A stretch of DNA of 63,682 bases, counting the filler, from Folioceros fuciformis (Eukaryota): assembly GCA_049999805.1 (NCBI GenBank). It is 4 parts of 3 records of this genome, joined end to end, with 100 filler letters (N's around TTAATTAATTAA, not from the genome) between each part and the next. Parts side by side here need not be neighbours in the genome. Positions count along the whole stretch, not along the records: positions 1 to 30,830 come from JBNGIO010005931.1; positions 30,931 to 52,373 come from JBNGIO010005931.1; 2 more parts are not named here. One strand, written 5' to 3'. A program made the position numbers and the translations under genes. The notes beneath the pieces were generated by a model. It did no database searches. It had not been told where the DNA came from and was given only the letters and a program-made list of their open reading frames with translations. Shown piece after piece: positions 26,101-40,100 of this stretch (its first letter is position 1; every line of letters starts with the position of its first letter).

Positions 26101-28203
26101 TAAAGACAGCCGCGTGGCTTCTTCCTGCAACATCGCACTAACAACTCCATTGAAAGTTAGAGGATCTGCATCAAGCTTCAAGGCCTTGGCTATTCTGGTC
26201 TCAACCTTCGCCATGGCTTGTTGACGAGTGACAAAGGGCCCGTAACTTGGTGGTAAGGAACTCAACAATCTACAAGCTGCGTCGTAGTCTGAAATCTTTG
26301 TCCCAGTTGAACTCAATCTTGCACGGGCAATTCTAAACCGAGCTATGTAATGTTCAACTGTCTCCCCTTCTGACATCCGCAAACTATGATATCTTGCAGA
26401 TGCAGACACGGATGCCGCCATATCATGGGAGGCAAACATCATAGCAAGATGGTTCCACATGTCTTCTGCCGAGTCACCTGGTCCATCAGATGCTTGACGC
26501 ATCATCTCTGGTGCAAGGCCTGACTTGATCAGGTTTCTTGCCCTAATGTTCGCCAGCCTCCAAACAGGTAGGTCTGCAGAACCTTCTCCAGGTTTTGGTG
26601 TTGCACCACTCACAATTTCCCATAAATTTTTCTCTTCCAATGCTCCTTGCATCCTCATGACCCATATGTCATATTCAACACCAGTGACCAGTCAGTCCTT
26701 TTCCTTGAAGCCACCGCTGGTCAGAGATTGCAGTGCGTTGATCATTTCAACTCGTGCTTTGTCATCATCATCCATTTTGGATTTCCAGAACCAAGAATAA
26801 TCTTCATGTGACAAGTTTGTATTTATAGATGCTTGCCCAGAGTCCACATCCGTACCTTCTTCAGAGTAGTCATCAAAATCAATCAGCCCAACTTCTTGAG
26901 CAAGTTTCTTGAGCCACTCTGGAGATGTGTAAGTCCCTCGCTCACTCATGAATCAACAGCTACCCACATTGTTGGACTCCATCGGCCTGGACATGCACAC
27001 AGCACACTTTTGGTCGTCTTTGGTTTGACATAAGAGTTTGGGTAATGCTATTACTCTCCTGCAGCTGTGGCTTCATCAAAACAAAAAGTTTGATATCTAT
27101 TTGTTGCAAGTGATCCTCCAACCTGACTATCTGGTCTGTAAGACTGTCTAACATGGTAAGAATGTGCTAGGTTCGGCAGAGTGTAGTGTTGTTGATGTTG
27201 TCAAGTCTCTGGGTGAGATGCTGCACGGCAACGGTGAGGGACTCGTCCCTCTCTCTTGTGACTGACTCAAGATGTAAGGGTGCTGACTTCCGTTGACGTT
27301 GCTGCACAGACCTACGGTGCTGGAGAATACTGGGATTAGCGGTGGCTAAATTTGGGATCCTTTCTCTCTAGAGACGCCTATCTGGCTGTCTATTCCTCTC
27401 AATGGGCAAGTTGGTAATTTCGTAGAGAGGTACGGGCTGGAAGGCTCTACACTGATTCCCTCTATGGTTGCGGTGACGGTGCGCCATCCTAAGGAGCAGG
27501 TGAGCCTCCCTTCATCAATTCTTGGAACATTCTTGCTGCGTCCTACCAGCTTCTCAATTCGTGAGCGGAATGTGCGCCTTCACGCCGCTCCACCAGCAGT
27601 GCCAGCTACTCACAGTAAGCAATCCACAAAGCCTGACTTTTCTAGCTGTTCCTAGATCGACGCATCTGAATTTTGACAACCTTCTTGCGCAGTTTCAGGC
27701 TTTTCCGTCTCTCTTGCGCCTCCGCATGACTGGCTGTCTGGTCGACAAGCTTGTAGATCAGCGGCTTGAGCTCTGGTCCTACAAATTTTGCCAGGTACAA
27801 CAACCAGCCACACTTGGCGGCAAGGGAGTCCATCTCACATCGGCTATTTGTGCAGGGTATTGAAGATATCCATTTGCTTTCTGTCCAGGCGACATAAAGC
27901 TACAGCTCCTCGGTAGAGAGCGAATGGATAGCTTCAACGCCTGGTACCAAGCTCTGATACCATGTCGTTTATGAACAGCGATTAGGATTGCATTAAGCGC
28001 ACAACCGTGCTAGGCAAGATACACGACGCTAGAGTGCAAACAAGTGAACTAGCATTCAAGCGACGCTCGCGTGGTTTTCACGAGACATGGTAGTTACTAA
28101 CGACTAACCTTCGTTCGTAGCCCTAGGATAGAATATGTATATATATATTTAAATTTAACCTAACTACATAGCCTAATTAGGTAAACCGAACATCCTTCCA
28201 ACA
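23165..28203 (-). mobile_element. Ty1/copia LTR retrotransposon (5' LTR 27963-28203, PBS 27951-27962, gag, protease, integrase, partial RT); degenerate, 3' part lost at a gap
   Basis: TG...CA LTR next to the PBS. Gag NLWEIVSG, zinc knuckle CNWCGIPGH, protease WFID*GASAHIC, WHLRCGH, VHSDICGP, LRSDNGGEY, CKWVFKLK, QMDVKTAFLHG. Confidence 0.93.
24395..24655. mobile_element. Solo LTR (261 bp) inserted in the copia integrase
   Basis: TGTT...AACA termini flanked by a 5-bp TSD tgttg (24390-24394 and 24656-24660). Removing it restores KPALQHLRIFG. Confidence 0.9.
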
Positions 28204-30764
28204 ATAATACCATAAAGAGGCAATAAGAATATGATTTATCACCACCAGCCTACCTGCCAGATTGAGCTCTAGCAACTCAAGACTAGCCGCCTTGCAAAAT
28301 GAACCTGAGGCAGACATACTTCCCAATCTCCCCATTCTCATCCCCCTCTTGGAACGAAAGCCCCAAATACTTGTGGGTAGAGCCCTGCATCACTTGATTG
28401 ATGTGATTGATACATTGAGGAGGCTCTCCATCCAAGTGAAGACACATCATGCGCGTCTTACTCCAATTTACCTTGCAGCTAGATAGTTCACCAAAAACCT
28501 AGACCTGTTGGAGCAACGCTTTCAATGATGCCTCCTCAGCCAAAGAAAAAAGAAGAGTATCATCTGCAAATGCAGAGACCCTCAGTTGCATTCCGTCAGG
28601 GTTCCGAATACCCACCACTGCCGGGTCTTGCTTGACTGCTCTGAGAAAGAAGTCAGTGACAATGATAAATAAGAATGGAGCAAGGGGGCAACCCTGACGT
28701 ACCGATTGAGAGATGCCAAAGCATTCCGTAAAAGACCCATTAACAGCCACTTTGGCTTCTGTGTCTTCAGTCAAAATGGCTGTCCATCTGCAGAAATTAT
28801 TCCCAAACCCGAAGCTACGCAGGCATCGCCATAGGAAATGCCATTCAACAGAATCATAAGCCTTGTAAAAGTCAAGGGAAATGAAAACGGCGGCGTTCTT
28901 CTATACCTGAGTGTTGTACTTCGCTTCCCTCAGCAGCAGTAAATTGTCCAGGATGCACCTATTCTGAATGAACCCTCGCTGCTCCTTCTCAATCCAATCA
29001 TCAAGGAAGGGTGTAATTCGGTTAGCCGGTACCTTAGCAATCACCTTGTACGTGGTAGTGAGCAAGGTAATCGGGCGCCAATTGGAGATTGATACGCTGG
29101 CGTCTTGCTTAGGGAGTAGGGAGATAACCCCCATGTTGAACCATCTCCTCATACTACCTTCTTCCCAAAACATACTGACCGCTTCCATGAATAACGGCTG
29201 CATAAAATCCCACCCCCAAAGCAAGAACTCGGGAGGGATACCATCATGTCTCGGGGATCTGTCCCTGGGCATCCCCTTCAGGGCCTGGAGCACCTCGTCA
29301 ACAGTTATCGGCTTATCCAAAGCCCTGCGCTGATCATCCGACACTTTAGCTGAAAGCGCACCATAAGAAGAAGACCAAAGCCTTTCCCACCTTGCCACCT
29401 TCCCAACGCTGGAAAATATGCCAACAAAGAAGAGGGTAATAAGAGTTTTTAAACCTTCGAGCGATTCTTGCACCACGCCACGTGCGTCAGGGAGGGGAGG
29501 AATCAGCATTCAATGTCGGTTGGAGGCCACCTTGTTGAAGAAAAATTTAGACGGGTCGTCCCCCTCCCTCACCCACTTGACCTTAGCTCGCTTAAACCAA
29601 CCTCTGGCCCTGTCTTCTTCCAACTTGGCCAAAGCGCATTGCGCCTCCGTTTTCCTGGCCTCTTTTGCACTAGTGAGCTCCCAGTCCTCGCCGCTCCTCT
29701 GTAACCAACACAGATCCTCCCTCAAAAAACGTTCTTGCTGACGTTGTTCTCGTGTTCGTTGAACCCCTAGCCTCCTCAAATACCTAGTCGCCTTGTTGTT
29801 AGCCTATATCAGTTTGACCGCCGCATTTTCCTCACCCTGTTCAACTCCCTACCAGATGTTTTTGATATCATCAAAAACACCTTTTTCCTTCAGTAAGGAT
29901 GTGTTCATCCGAAAGTTTTGCATATGCCTCCTTGGACGCTCAACCTCCGGGGCAAGCCTCAAGTGCAAGCTAATGGGGTGGTGATCGGAGAGTATCGTAC
30001 CAGTGAGAATACTGTATGACTGTACAAAGGCCAACCACCCTACAAGTATATAAAACTTGTCCAACCTGTGCGCACCCAAATTCTGTTGTTGTTGATTGCA
30101 CCAGCTGAACATCAAGGACTGTGGTTGGCGATGAGCCGGGAGGGCCACCCAAGGATCCTGCACAGCCAAGACTGTGTCTCTCAACTCCTGCCAAGACATA
30201 GACACCGCCCGAATATCACTTGGGCTATCCCCTCGGATGTCCTCACGGCATTCAACAAAGTTGAAGTCGCCAGCCAACATCCACGGAATCTGCTCATCAA
30301 GTTGATCCCCTAGTCTGCACCAAAGCATACTCCTATCGATGATAGCATTAGGCGCGTAAATATTGCAGATTCCAACTGGGCCTTGAGGAGTTTGCAACAC
30401 CAACCACACAAACCTCCCCTCCTCATCTTGCCCCGATTCCAGGATGTTTTAAGTTTGCTCTGGATGGATTGTTATGGACACTCCCCCACCCCGCGGGTCG
30501 CCGAAGCTCGTTGAGCGGACCTTTCTCCATCACTTGTAGTTGCTGCTCTCGCTGCTGCCCACTCTGTTCGACCAGGAAGAAAGATCTTCTTCACTCTCTG
30601 GATTTGTTCCAAAGACAATTTGTGCTCTTCCAAGCACACAACATCCCACGTGACTTCATCATCTAGTAGACTCTTTAGTCGTCTACACTTTGACGCCGTC
30701 TTCGACCAACCTCCCAGACCCCTCACATTCCAGGAAATGATCCGTAGGTGAGACCCCCTCTCAT
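28204..30764 (-). mobile_element. L1-clade LINE ORF2 (APE endonuclease + reverse transcriptase), degenerate and cut by the copia insertion
   Basis: LRIISWNVRGLG, ICNIYAPN, AGDFN, RLDKFY, SDHHPI, NWRPITLL, LDFYKAYDSVEW, VRQGCPLAPFLF, AFADD. Confidence 0.93.
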
Positions 30765-30830
30765 AATTCTTCAGAGTGTCGATTGATAGGTTATATTTAA
30801 TTTTACCTTTTATTAGTTCAGGTTAGGGTT

Positions 30831-30930
30831 NNNNNNNNNNNNNNNNNNNNNNNNNNNNNNNNNNNNNNNNNNNNTTAATTAATTAANNNNNNNNNNNNNN
30901 NNNNNNNNNNNNNNNNNNNNNNNNNNNNNN
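30831..30930. other. Assembly gap with artificial spacer (44 N + TTAATTAATTAA + 44 N); the same structure occurs at 52374-52473 and 60719-60818
   Basis: Identical 100-bp layout three times; the 12-mer gives stops in all six frames. Confidence 0.9.
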
Positions 30931-31799
30931 ACCTCCTCTCTATCTTTCCCACTTCTCATACTCCTCCCCTAGAGGCTGGCTCAGCCACCAAGGGTGAACA
31001 GTTGCAGGGGAAGACTTAACGGGCAGCCATCCAGCAAGGAAGAGGCGGCGTCCGCATATCTTTGAAGATCAGACATCCTCCGAAGTCTCAGGATAGTCTA
31101 AGAGGTGGTGGATCCTTGTGGTGGTAGGGCCAGGAGCTCATTGGTGGCAGGATGTGCTAGAAGTCTAAATAAGTGGTTGGTGATAGCCAGGTAGGCTAGT
31201 GGTCCTATTAAAATAATATTTCTCAAGTTAGAGAGAGGTGAAGTCAGAGAGAGAGAGAGGCTCCTATAAGATCAGGTGAGCCTGTAGGAGGAGGGAGTCA
31301 TTCACTTTGGGAGTCAGTCTATCTCTTCGTGAGCTCTTGGAGGTCCTCTCTTCATGAGCTCTTGTGGTCTGTCCCTGCTTGGTTTAGGACCTGCAGTGTG
31401 TTGCCGGCTGTGCAACGTCTTGTAGGATCGCAAGCCGCGTGTTGCCGGCTGTACAGTGTCTGGTAGGATCACAAGGTGTAATGACCAGGGTGTAGGGGCT
31501 TGCCCCTAGCTCTTGATTGTAAAGGATGTGTCTTTCTCTCGACCTGTCCACTCTTGTTTGGACAAGTGCTGTAGGCCGGCCATGTTTCATGGCGTCTGGT
31601 AAGGTTGTAGGGGGGAGATATCAAAGAGGGGAGTGTGTTCCCTTCTTTCTTCTCTTTGGGGTTAGTCTAGTGACTCTTGCCGGGTAGGAGGAGTCAGTAG
31701 GGAAGTGTAGAAGGTAGTGGTGTCATTGTTAGTTGCTGGTGTTGGTGCTGGAGTGAGAGAGTGAGTGAAGTGAGTGAGGGAAGTCGCAGATCTAAGAGG

Positions 31800-34700
31800 T
31801 TAGGGTCGTTGTAGTGACTGGAGTGAGTTTGTGGGCACCGAGAGAGGTGCAGCTGACCGCCGGACAACGAGGCCTGTCCTACGCCTGATCGAAGCTGGAG
31901 GGGAGCCCTCGAATCCATCATCGAGTCGATCAAGTCCGACCCTCCATCCACAGCAGCAAGGAACCCCATCGCTCCTTCGTGGGAACGAAACCCAATGTCT
32001 CAACGACAGTGGGATAAGTGTGGCCACTAAAGGTGGAACCCGTTGGCAATTAGTGCCCGGGGTTTTGCCTCCACAGTAGGGAGGCAAGCCACCGAACTCA
32101 CCTTCCCACCCTATGAGTCCCCTACCTGGCAGCCTCCTCCGTTGGACACCACCTTTTCGCCCAACTCCCTCTGGCCAGCCCCACCCCCCTCAGCAGCGCA
32201 ATCCGCCCATCTTTCGCCAACCACCCGAGCATCAGCATCTGTCTCAGAACTAGCCAGAGTTCCCTCACGATGCGAGCCGCAGGGCAATAGGCAAACCACC
32301 TCCCGAGCCCGAAACTCGTCCAGGGGTGGGGAGGACTCGGCTTGCTCATTCTCCTCAAGATGATCCAGAGCCGCCTCTTGGCCTCGGGGTTCGTCGGCAC
32401 GCTAAACCCCCAGCTTAGCGGCATCATTCTCCACATGCATCTCCTCCTTCCTAATCAGCACAGTAGGAGGAACATGCAACGCCTCCCCACTCCTCGAATC
32501 TCCCACCCTCAGAGAACCCCGACAGTCACGAACTCGGGGACTGCAATTGTTTGATGTCCCTGGAGTAGAATCTTGCTGCCGCACACCTGGGACGTTCCCC
32601 ATGCTGCCTGATCCTGCCTCAATGTTGGAATCCCTATCAAGCTGCACCGTCGGCTCTTCTTCTTCCTCCCTGTCACGTTGCAAGGCTTGGAAACCAAAAC
32701 CCATTTCCATGGAACCAAAGTGTTGAGAATTCCGGTTCTGCACCAGGCCGTTCGTCTGGGACGAAGATCCCACCCGGTTCCCCTCAACCGGTGGCTTCCA
32801 TCTACCCTTTGCTTGAGCGGCTCTCCTCGTTGCTGTTGGCTCAACCCGACAGCCTATAGATTGACTGTCCATCATCTTAGTACCTGCCGTGAGCACAACA
32901 ATGGAGTTCTCCTCCTGACAGACCCTGCCGGCTTCTCAAGGAGCTAACACAAATTTTTTTTCCTGGAGAGTAGCGAGCATCCCAGCTTCCAAGCTAGCTT
33001 CGCCCTCTTGGACCAACGTATCCTGGACACTTCCATCACTGAGATCCGGTCGCATACCCACCTCTCTCAGGACTAACTGACGACCTCCTACCACACCACA
33101 AGGCCGCCCCAACAGAAAGTCACAGCCTTCACCAGCTACCCCAAGAATCTCATGTTCATCCAAACAACGGTTGTTGCCAGCCAGCGGATCGCTCTCCTCC
33201 CTCTCCTAGCCTGCACCTGAGGCCGAGGTGGAGTTGACCTTTTGAACGTTCAGAGAGATCAGCTGCGATGTAGCCTGATCCGATTCCAGGGTCCCCTCGA
33301 CAAACTGGATCACCGCCCCATCTGCCTTTCTCACCTCCGACCCTCTGCCTTCCCACACCATAGCGGTAGGGGATGCGTGCAGCAAATCCATACCTCTCCC
33401 TTCCACAGATCCTGGAGGAGACACGCTAAGTCGTGCCTGGAAGCTACCATCGTCTAGAGCCCCGGGAGGAGCTCGTTGAGGCCACCTATCCGAATTGTTC
33501 TCTAGACCGTCCTCCCCTGCCTCGCGATTAGTACCCCGCCCCGGAAGCACCTGAACAACACCTCCCTCGTCACCCTTTGCCGGCAGGGAGAGAATCCCAG
33601 ATCCCGCTGCCGACATGTCAGGGGACTGACCCGCCAACGCTAGAGCCAAGGGTTCCTCCTGAGCCACCATACCGACTCTGCTTTCTGCACCCATTAGCTC
33701 CCCAAAGATACCGTCCTGCCCCACCCTCACTGTAACTGGCCTTTCGACCAACTCATGCTTCTCCCCTGTGCCCAGAGTCTCTCCAAAGATGCGTTCCTGC
33801 ACCGCCCTTGCCCTTGCAAGCCTGTCGATCGATTCAGCTTCTCCGTTCCTTGCTTAGTCAAAAAGGAAGCGCTTACCACCGACCCTATGCAATTATCAAG
33901 ACCACTGCCTAGCCCTAGATCCTGTTGTCAAAAAAGAATGGGTTGGCAGTCCTTGACTTCTCCTTGGTGTAACGTCAAGTCCCCCGATTCCCTCCTACTC
34001 ACAAATCTAGTAGGCACACCATCCACAGAGCAAGGGTCTTCTCTTGTAGGACTCTCATGAAAGCTTGTCCCAGACATTTCCCCCAGGCTTGGGGCTTTTG
34101 GTTTGCGAGCCTTTCTCCATACACGTTGACCTGCGCCTTTACCAGCTGCCAGAAGATTCCCTTCACCCACCAGCTTATCAGAAGGCACGCACCGGTCTTC
34201 CCCCCCTCAGGGATAGCGTCCAGGGACACACCCGAGCCACTCAACGAAGTGGGAAGCTCTCTACGAGCACCCAGCAATGTCTCTGAGTCGCTGTGTTGCT
34301 TGTTGGCGTCGAAAATATCCTTCAAGTCCCTCCTGGCCAAGACACTTGTGGGGCATGCAAGATGATTCCTGTATAGCACTTCATCTGAGCTTCTACTAGC
34401 GTCATGGCACTCGTTAAGAGGGCCGCTGAGACTACTTGCCGATGCCGACCCTGCTCTCTGGGTGATCTCTTCCTTGTCCAGATCCACCTCCATAGGCACA
34501 GTGCCCTCTGCCACCATGTCTTCTTCCCATCTAAGCTCCCACTTGCCTGGCAATTTAATAGATATCGGGGCCATAAGCAAGCCCAAGAAACCCAGGTGAG
34601 CTTTGAAGACCACCCTAGACGCCAGTGTAGCCCTGCCTCTGCCAAACTTCGCGTATTTGATGTATGCCAACATCTGTGATTCCCCCAACCACTGTGCCAC

Positions 34701-34900
34701 GCTATTGTTCCGAACAAGGCACTCCTCACCCAACTCGATCAGTGTGACCGCAAACAGGATGGAAGAGCAGTCTTCCAAACTGTGACATACCATACTGTGC
34801 CTGGCCCCTTAAAGATATTGATTCCTTGTTGGTTTGTGTGGAGTGGTTTCTTGCTCCCAATAACCACCAAGGGGCCACAATTCCCCTTATTATTGCTGCA
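31800..34900 (-). mobile_element. Fragmented long low-complexity ORF, possibly LINE ORF1 or another TE ORF remnant
   Basis: A series of intronless minus-strand ORFs (33999-34793, 33206-33802, 32402-32896), Gly/Glu/Ser-rich, upstream of and co-oriented with LINE ORF2. No diagnostic motif, and a gap intervenes. Confidence 0.35.
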
Positions 34901-36013
34901 GTCTTGTGGTTCGCTCCCAAGGGAGTGAACTAGTGTCAAGGTCGCCTAGAACTCCCTAATCTCACCCTAGCTATCAGCCGGTTCCTAGTCCTGACCACGC
35001 TACAGCAAAAAGGTCAGAATCTCTAGCCCTGTCTTTAGCTCAATATACCAATCCCATGCTCTAGCACTTCAATCATTCAGCCCTTCTCTTCTTCACTTCA
35101 GTCCTTCACTCCCACTTCAGCATTTCATCTACCACTTCAGCACTTCACTTCAACTCACTCTAGGAATTTAGGACACAACAACCTCTCGCCTTGCAGCCTT
35201 CAAGACAAAGGTATGAGGTCTAGGGCTGGATAGCCTTCTTGGCTCACGGCCCTGCCACCTCACCTCAGCTAGCCTGCACAATGACCAGCCATTGCGGATC
35301 CGGCCACACGGATCTTGGCAGTCTAGGGATCCACCACGTCCCTCTAATGGCAAGGGGGATCAAGCCCTTGGTTAGTCTCACACCGGACTAGCCACTCTAA
35401 TCCGGTAGTTTGCACACAAGGTCAAGGGAAATCACAACGTAACACTACCCCCTCCTCAATGGCAGGTCTGCCCTCTTATATTGCCTTCACCCAACCCTTC
35501 ATCTCTGTCTACTAGGGTTAACCTCAATCAACCACCTAANNNNNNNNNNNNNNNNNNNNNNNNNNNNNNNNNNNNNNNNNNNNNNNNNNNNNNNNNNNNN
35601 NNNNNNNNNNNNNNNNNNNNNNNNNNNNNNNNNNNNNNNCAAGTCTGACCTAAAACTAAACAGACCTAAACATAGTCAGACCTAGTTCTGATCGCAACCT
35701 AACCCAAGCCTAACTCTAACCTACCCCTGCACCTAATTGCCCGTTACCCCCTTGGACACCGCTGGTTGCCCTCTGTCCAAAATTGTCAGCCTCTCACAAC
35801 TAGCAAAAATTCGGAGTGCTCCTCAACACTCTCTTCTCCTCCCTCAGATCATCCCTTTCCCTCGAATCATCCTGCAACCCTTCAAAGCCTCCACCTTCCT
35901 CTTATCGTCTACTTCCCATCCTACTAACCAAGGAGGCCCCATGGTCCAGCGCAGTTACCTGTCTGATGCCCTTGAGGAGCAGCCTTGTTCCCACCATCTG
36001 GCTCTCCACCTGC

Positions 36014-36692
36014 GAGCTCAGCAAATTCTTATCAGAACAGGGCATTCAACAGCAGTACTCATGTCGTTATACGCCACAACAAAATGGAGTTGCAGAGCAC
36101 AAGAACAGGCACATAGCAGAAGTGGCGAGAGCATTGATGACAAAAAAGAAGATGCCTCACTACTATTGGGCTGAAGCTATAAACACAGCAGTGTACATCA
36201 TGAATAGAACTCCCACAGCAGCGGTGCACAGTGTAACACCGGAGGAGAAGTTCACATGGAAGAAACCTGACTTGTCACACTTAAAGGTATTTGGTTGCAT
36301 TGCTTATGTCCATATTCCGGATGAGTTGTGGACTAAGCCTGATCCAAAAGCAGAAAAGTGTGTCTTCATTGGGTATTCTGTTACACAGAAAGGATATAGA
36401 GTGTTGAGTTATCGAGCTCTATATAAGCTAAACTCATGTGGTGTTAGTTATCCCGGTTGGGTTCATACTAAACTAGTTCTTGTTATTAATGAACTTAGGA
36501 TAGTGTAGATTATCCCATATTGAACTTGGAAGTTGTGTAGCCCTAAATGTACTACTTAAATGGAGACCTCAGACCTCCATAGTAAGACAATGGTGATGTG
36601 TATTGTTTTTGGTTGTGACCACCAATACCACCCTCTCTTCTCTCCTCTCCTCTCCTACACTTGCACATAGACTGGAGTCGATCCTATTGACA
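36014..36692 (+). mobile_element. Internally deleted copia: integrase fragment joined directly to a complete LTR (36402-36692)
   Basis: YTPQQNGVAE...YWAEAINTAVYIMNRTPT...KCVFIGYS, nearly identical to 39270-39650 on the minus strand. The LTR runs TGTTGAG...ATTGACA. Confidence 0.88.
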
Positions 36693-37110
36693 GAAGAATC
36701 AGGCAGGGAAATGATAAATGAGCTTAAGCCTTTGATAGAAAGTCCAATGTAGTCTCCCAGTAAGACAAACTGTTTTGCATCAATAGAAGGAATGAAAGAA
36801 GAAAAGGCACGCCTATGAAAGCAAATGTGACTTGTGGCTCCAGAGTCGAGAAACCATGTGTCTGATTGTACTTGTGTGGATGACAAACAAACTGCTAGGA
36901 TGGTGGGTTGCTTAGTCTTGCTAGTAGTGATGTTGCTCTCTGGAGGATGTTCTCGTCTAGGTTCACCTCCCTTCTTCTTGTGGCAGTCACGTTCATAGTG
37001 TCCAGGTATCTTGCACATTTGCAAACAAAGGTCTTCTTTGTGGTCACATCACGCTGTGAGTTCGTGTAGGAACCTCGTCCTCTGCCACGCCCACGAAAAC
37101 CTCTTCATTT
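36693..37110 (-). mobile_element. Fragment of a different copia (zinc knuckle + protease)
   Basis: CKIPGHYERDCHKKKGGEP and WFLDSGATSHICF. Confidence 0.8.
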
Positions 37111-37114
37111 TATT

Positions 37115-40100
37115 ATCTACACTATCCTAAGTTCACTAATAACTAGAACTAATCTAGTATTAACCCAACCGGGATAACTAACACCACATGAGTTTAGCTA
37201 ATATAGAGCTCGATAACTCAACACTCCCCCTCAAGCTCAACATAGCATTTGTATGTCTAACATAGCTCAGAATTTCTTCAGCTTCTTTGCTCCCAATGGC
37301 TATATCGGCTATCTGCTCGTCTGTGTTGACATACACAAGATCAATAGCTCCAGATAAAATCCTTTCGCGAAGAAAATGATAATGTACCTCAATGTGTTTC
37401 GTCCTGGCATGAAACACTGGTTTTGCGCCAACTGTATGCTGCTAAGATTATCACGGTAGATAACAACCTTGTCGTTGACCTGCAATCCAAAATCTCTGAG
37501 TAACTTACAAATCTAAGTCACTTCACACGCTGCCATTGCTGCGCCTCTGTATTCAGCTTCTGTACTAGCCAAAGCCACTGTAGGCTGCTTCTTGCTACTC
37601 CATGTTATTGCTGCACTCCCAAGTGAAAATATGAATCCACTTGTAGATCTACGATCATTAACACTGCCTGCCCAATCTGCATCTGTGTACCCACACAGGT
37701 TTGTTTCTAAATTTGCAGCATAAAAGAGAGCATGATCCATAGTTGCCTTCACATAGTGCAACGTTCGCCATACTGCATCCAAATGTGGCTTTCTTGGCGC
37801 CTGCATAAACTGACTCTGCAGTCCCACTGTATTGTTTAAATCTGGTCTGGATAGAGTGAGATATATTAAGCTACCCACAATCTTCCTGTACATTGTTGGA
37901 TCTACAAGTGCTTCACCATCATGAGCACTGAGCTTCAGATTTTGATCCAAAGGAATCGAGATTGGCTTGCACTCAACCATACCATACTTAATTAGTACAT
38001 CCGATGCATACTTCTGCTGTGACAGCCAAATGCCTATGTTGGTTCGTACAATTTCAATGACCAAGAAGAACCTCAGTTCACCTAGGTCCGTCATCTTGAA
38101 CTCTTGTTGCAGAAGTTACTTGATATGCTCCACTTGACCCAACTGATTACCTCCAATGATTAGATCATCCACATAAATGGTCCCAAAGACCAGTCCTTTT
38201 GTACTTCCACACACATACAACGAATGATCCGCATCTGCCATGCTGAATCCGATGTGAATCAGATGTTGAGCAAGACGCTCATGCCAAGCCCTTGGGGCTT
38301 GCTTCAGTCCGTACAACGTTCTTTTCAGCTTGCACACATGATCCAAATCCTCATAACCTGGTGGCTGGTCCATGTATACTTCTTCCAGCAATTCTCCATG
38401 TAATAACGCATTCTTCACATCCATATGATGTAGGACCCAACCTTTCGATGCCGCTAGTGCGATCACGGTTTGAATTGTTGCCATTTTGGCAATTGGACTA
38501 AACGTCTCCTCAAAATCTATTCCATATGTCTGGGCATATCCCTTGGCCACAAGCCTTGTCTTGTACCTGCTGACACTACCATTTGCGTTGTGTTTAACCC
38601 TTGTACACCCATTTGCAACCTATTGGTTTCTTGCCTTCAGGTAGTTGTACTATGTCCCATGTTGCATTTCGATCTAATGCATTCATTTCTTCATCCATGG
38701 CATGTTCCCACTTTGTGTCTCCAATAGCTTCTTCAAAGCTTCTTGGTTCCACATCCTGCACAACCTTTGCTATATAGGCACGATGCCTGGCTACATAGCT
38801 ATCATAGGTCAACCGCTGTATTGGAACCTTCTGCCTTCCATATCTTCGTGGGATTGAGCCACTTCTAGGAGTTGATTAAACCTCTTTTGCACCAGGTGTT
38901 TCGATTTTCGGTACACCGAATTCCTCATCCAAGCTCTCCTCAGAGTCGCTTGAATCATCTGCACCTGCACTCAGGTCTAGTATCTTTGAATCCTGGACTT
39001 TTTCCTTCCCTTTGCGAGACACAGCTGTGGAGCTCGTAGGGCTCACTCTACCTCGCAACCTGCCACTCCATGGATTCTGAACATTTATCGAGTTTGATGA
39101 CGCTTGCGGTCCACTCAACACTTTGTGATTGTTGACCTGCATTGCTTGTTACCTCAGTTTCATGCACATCAGCTACACCACTTTCTTGTACTTCAAAGTA
39201 CCAGCTAGCCATTTCATCAAAGACTACATCTTTGCTTACTCTCATAGTTTGTGTACAGGGATTGTAGCACCTGTATCCTTGCTGTGTAATAGAATACCCA
39301 ATGAAGACACACTTTTCTGCTTTTGGATCAAGCTTAGTCCGCAACTCATGCAGAATATGGACATAAGCAATGCAACCAAATACCTTTAAGTGTGACAAGG
39401 CGGGTTTCTTCCCTGTGAACTTCTCCTCCAGTGTTTCACTGTGCACCGCTGCTGTGGGAAATCTGTTCATGATGTACACTACTGTGTTTACAGCTTCAGC
39501 CCAATAGCAGTGAGGCATCTTCTTTTCTGTCATCAATGCTCTCGCCACTTCTGCTATGTGCCTGTTCTTGCACTCTGCAACTCCATTTTGTTGTGGCGTA
39601 TAACGACATGAGTACTGCCGTTGAATGCCCTATTCTGATAAGAATTTGCTGAACTCTATGGAGAAGTACTCTCCCCCTCCATCAGATCTTAGGCATTTGA
39701 TGTGCCTACCTGTCTGCTTCTCAACCATCGCCTTGAAAGTATGGAAATGAGTGATCACTTCACTCTTTTCTTTCATGAAATAGACCCACACCTTCCTTGT
39801 GTGGTCGTCAATGAAGGTCACATAGTACTTGCATCCTCCGATTGATGCAGTCTGTGTAGGACCCTATACATCTGAATGCACAACGTCCAACACATGTCTG
39901 CTCACATGCTTGTCATGGGGGAACGCATTCCTGGGCTGTTTCCCAAGTTGACATGCTTCATATACACCTTGCAGTCCATTTTCTATAAGCTTGGGTATGC
40001 CTGTGACAACCTTCTAATGCTGCATGGACTTCAACTTCTACACATTCACATGTCCAATGAGTTTGTGCCACATCTTTAGGTCTGTCCTTGTACCCTTCGC

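Noticed and set aside
30875..30886. TTAATTAATTAA palindrome recurring three times
   Set aside because: Always centred in a 100-bp N-run, so it is an assembly or concatenation spacer, not biology.
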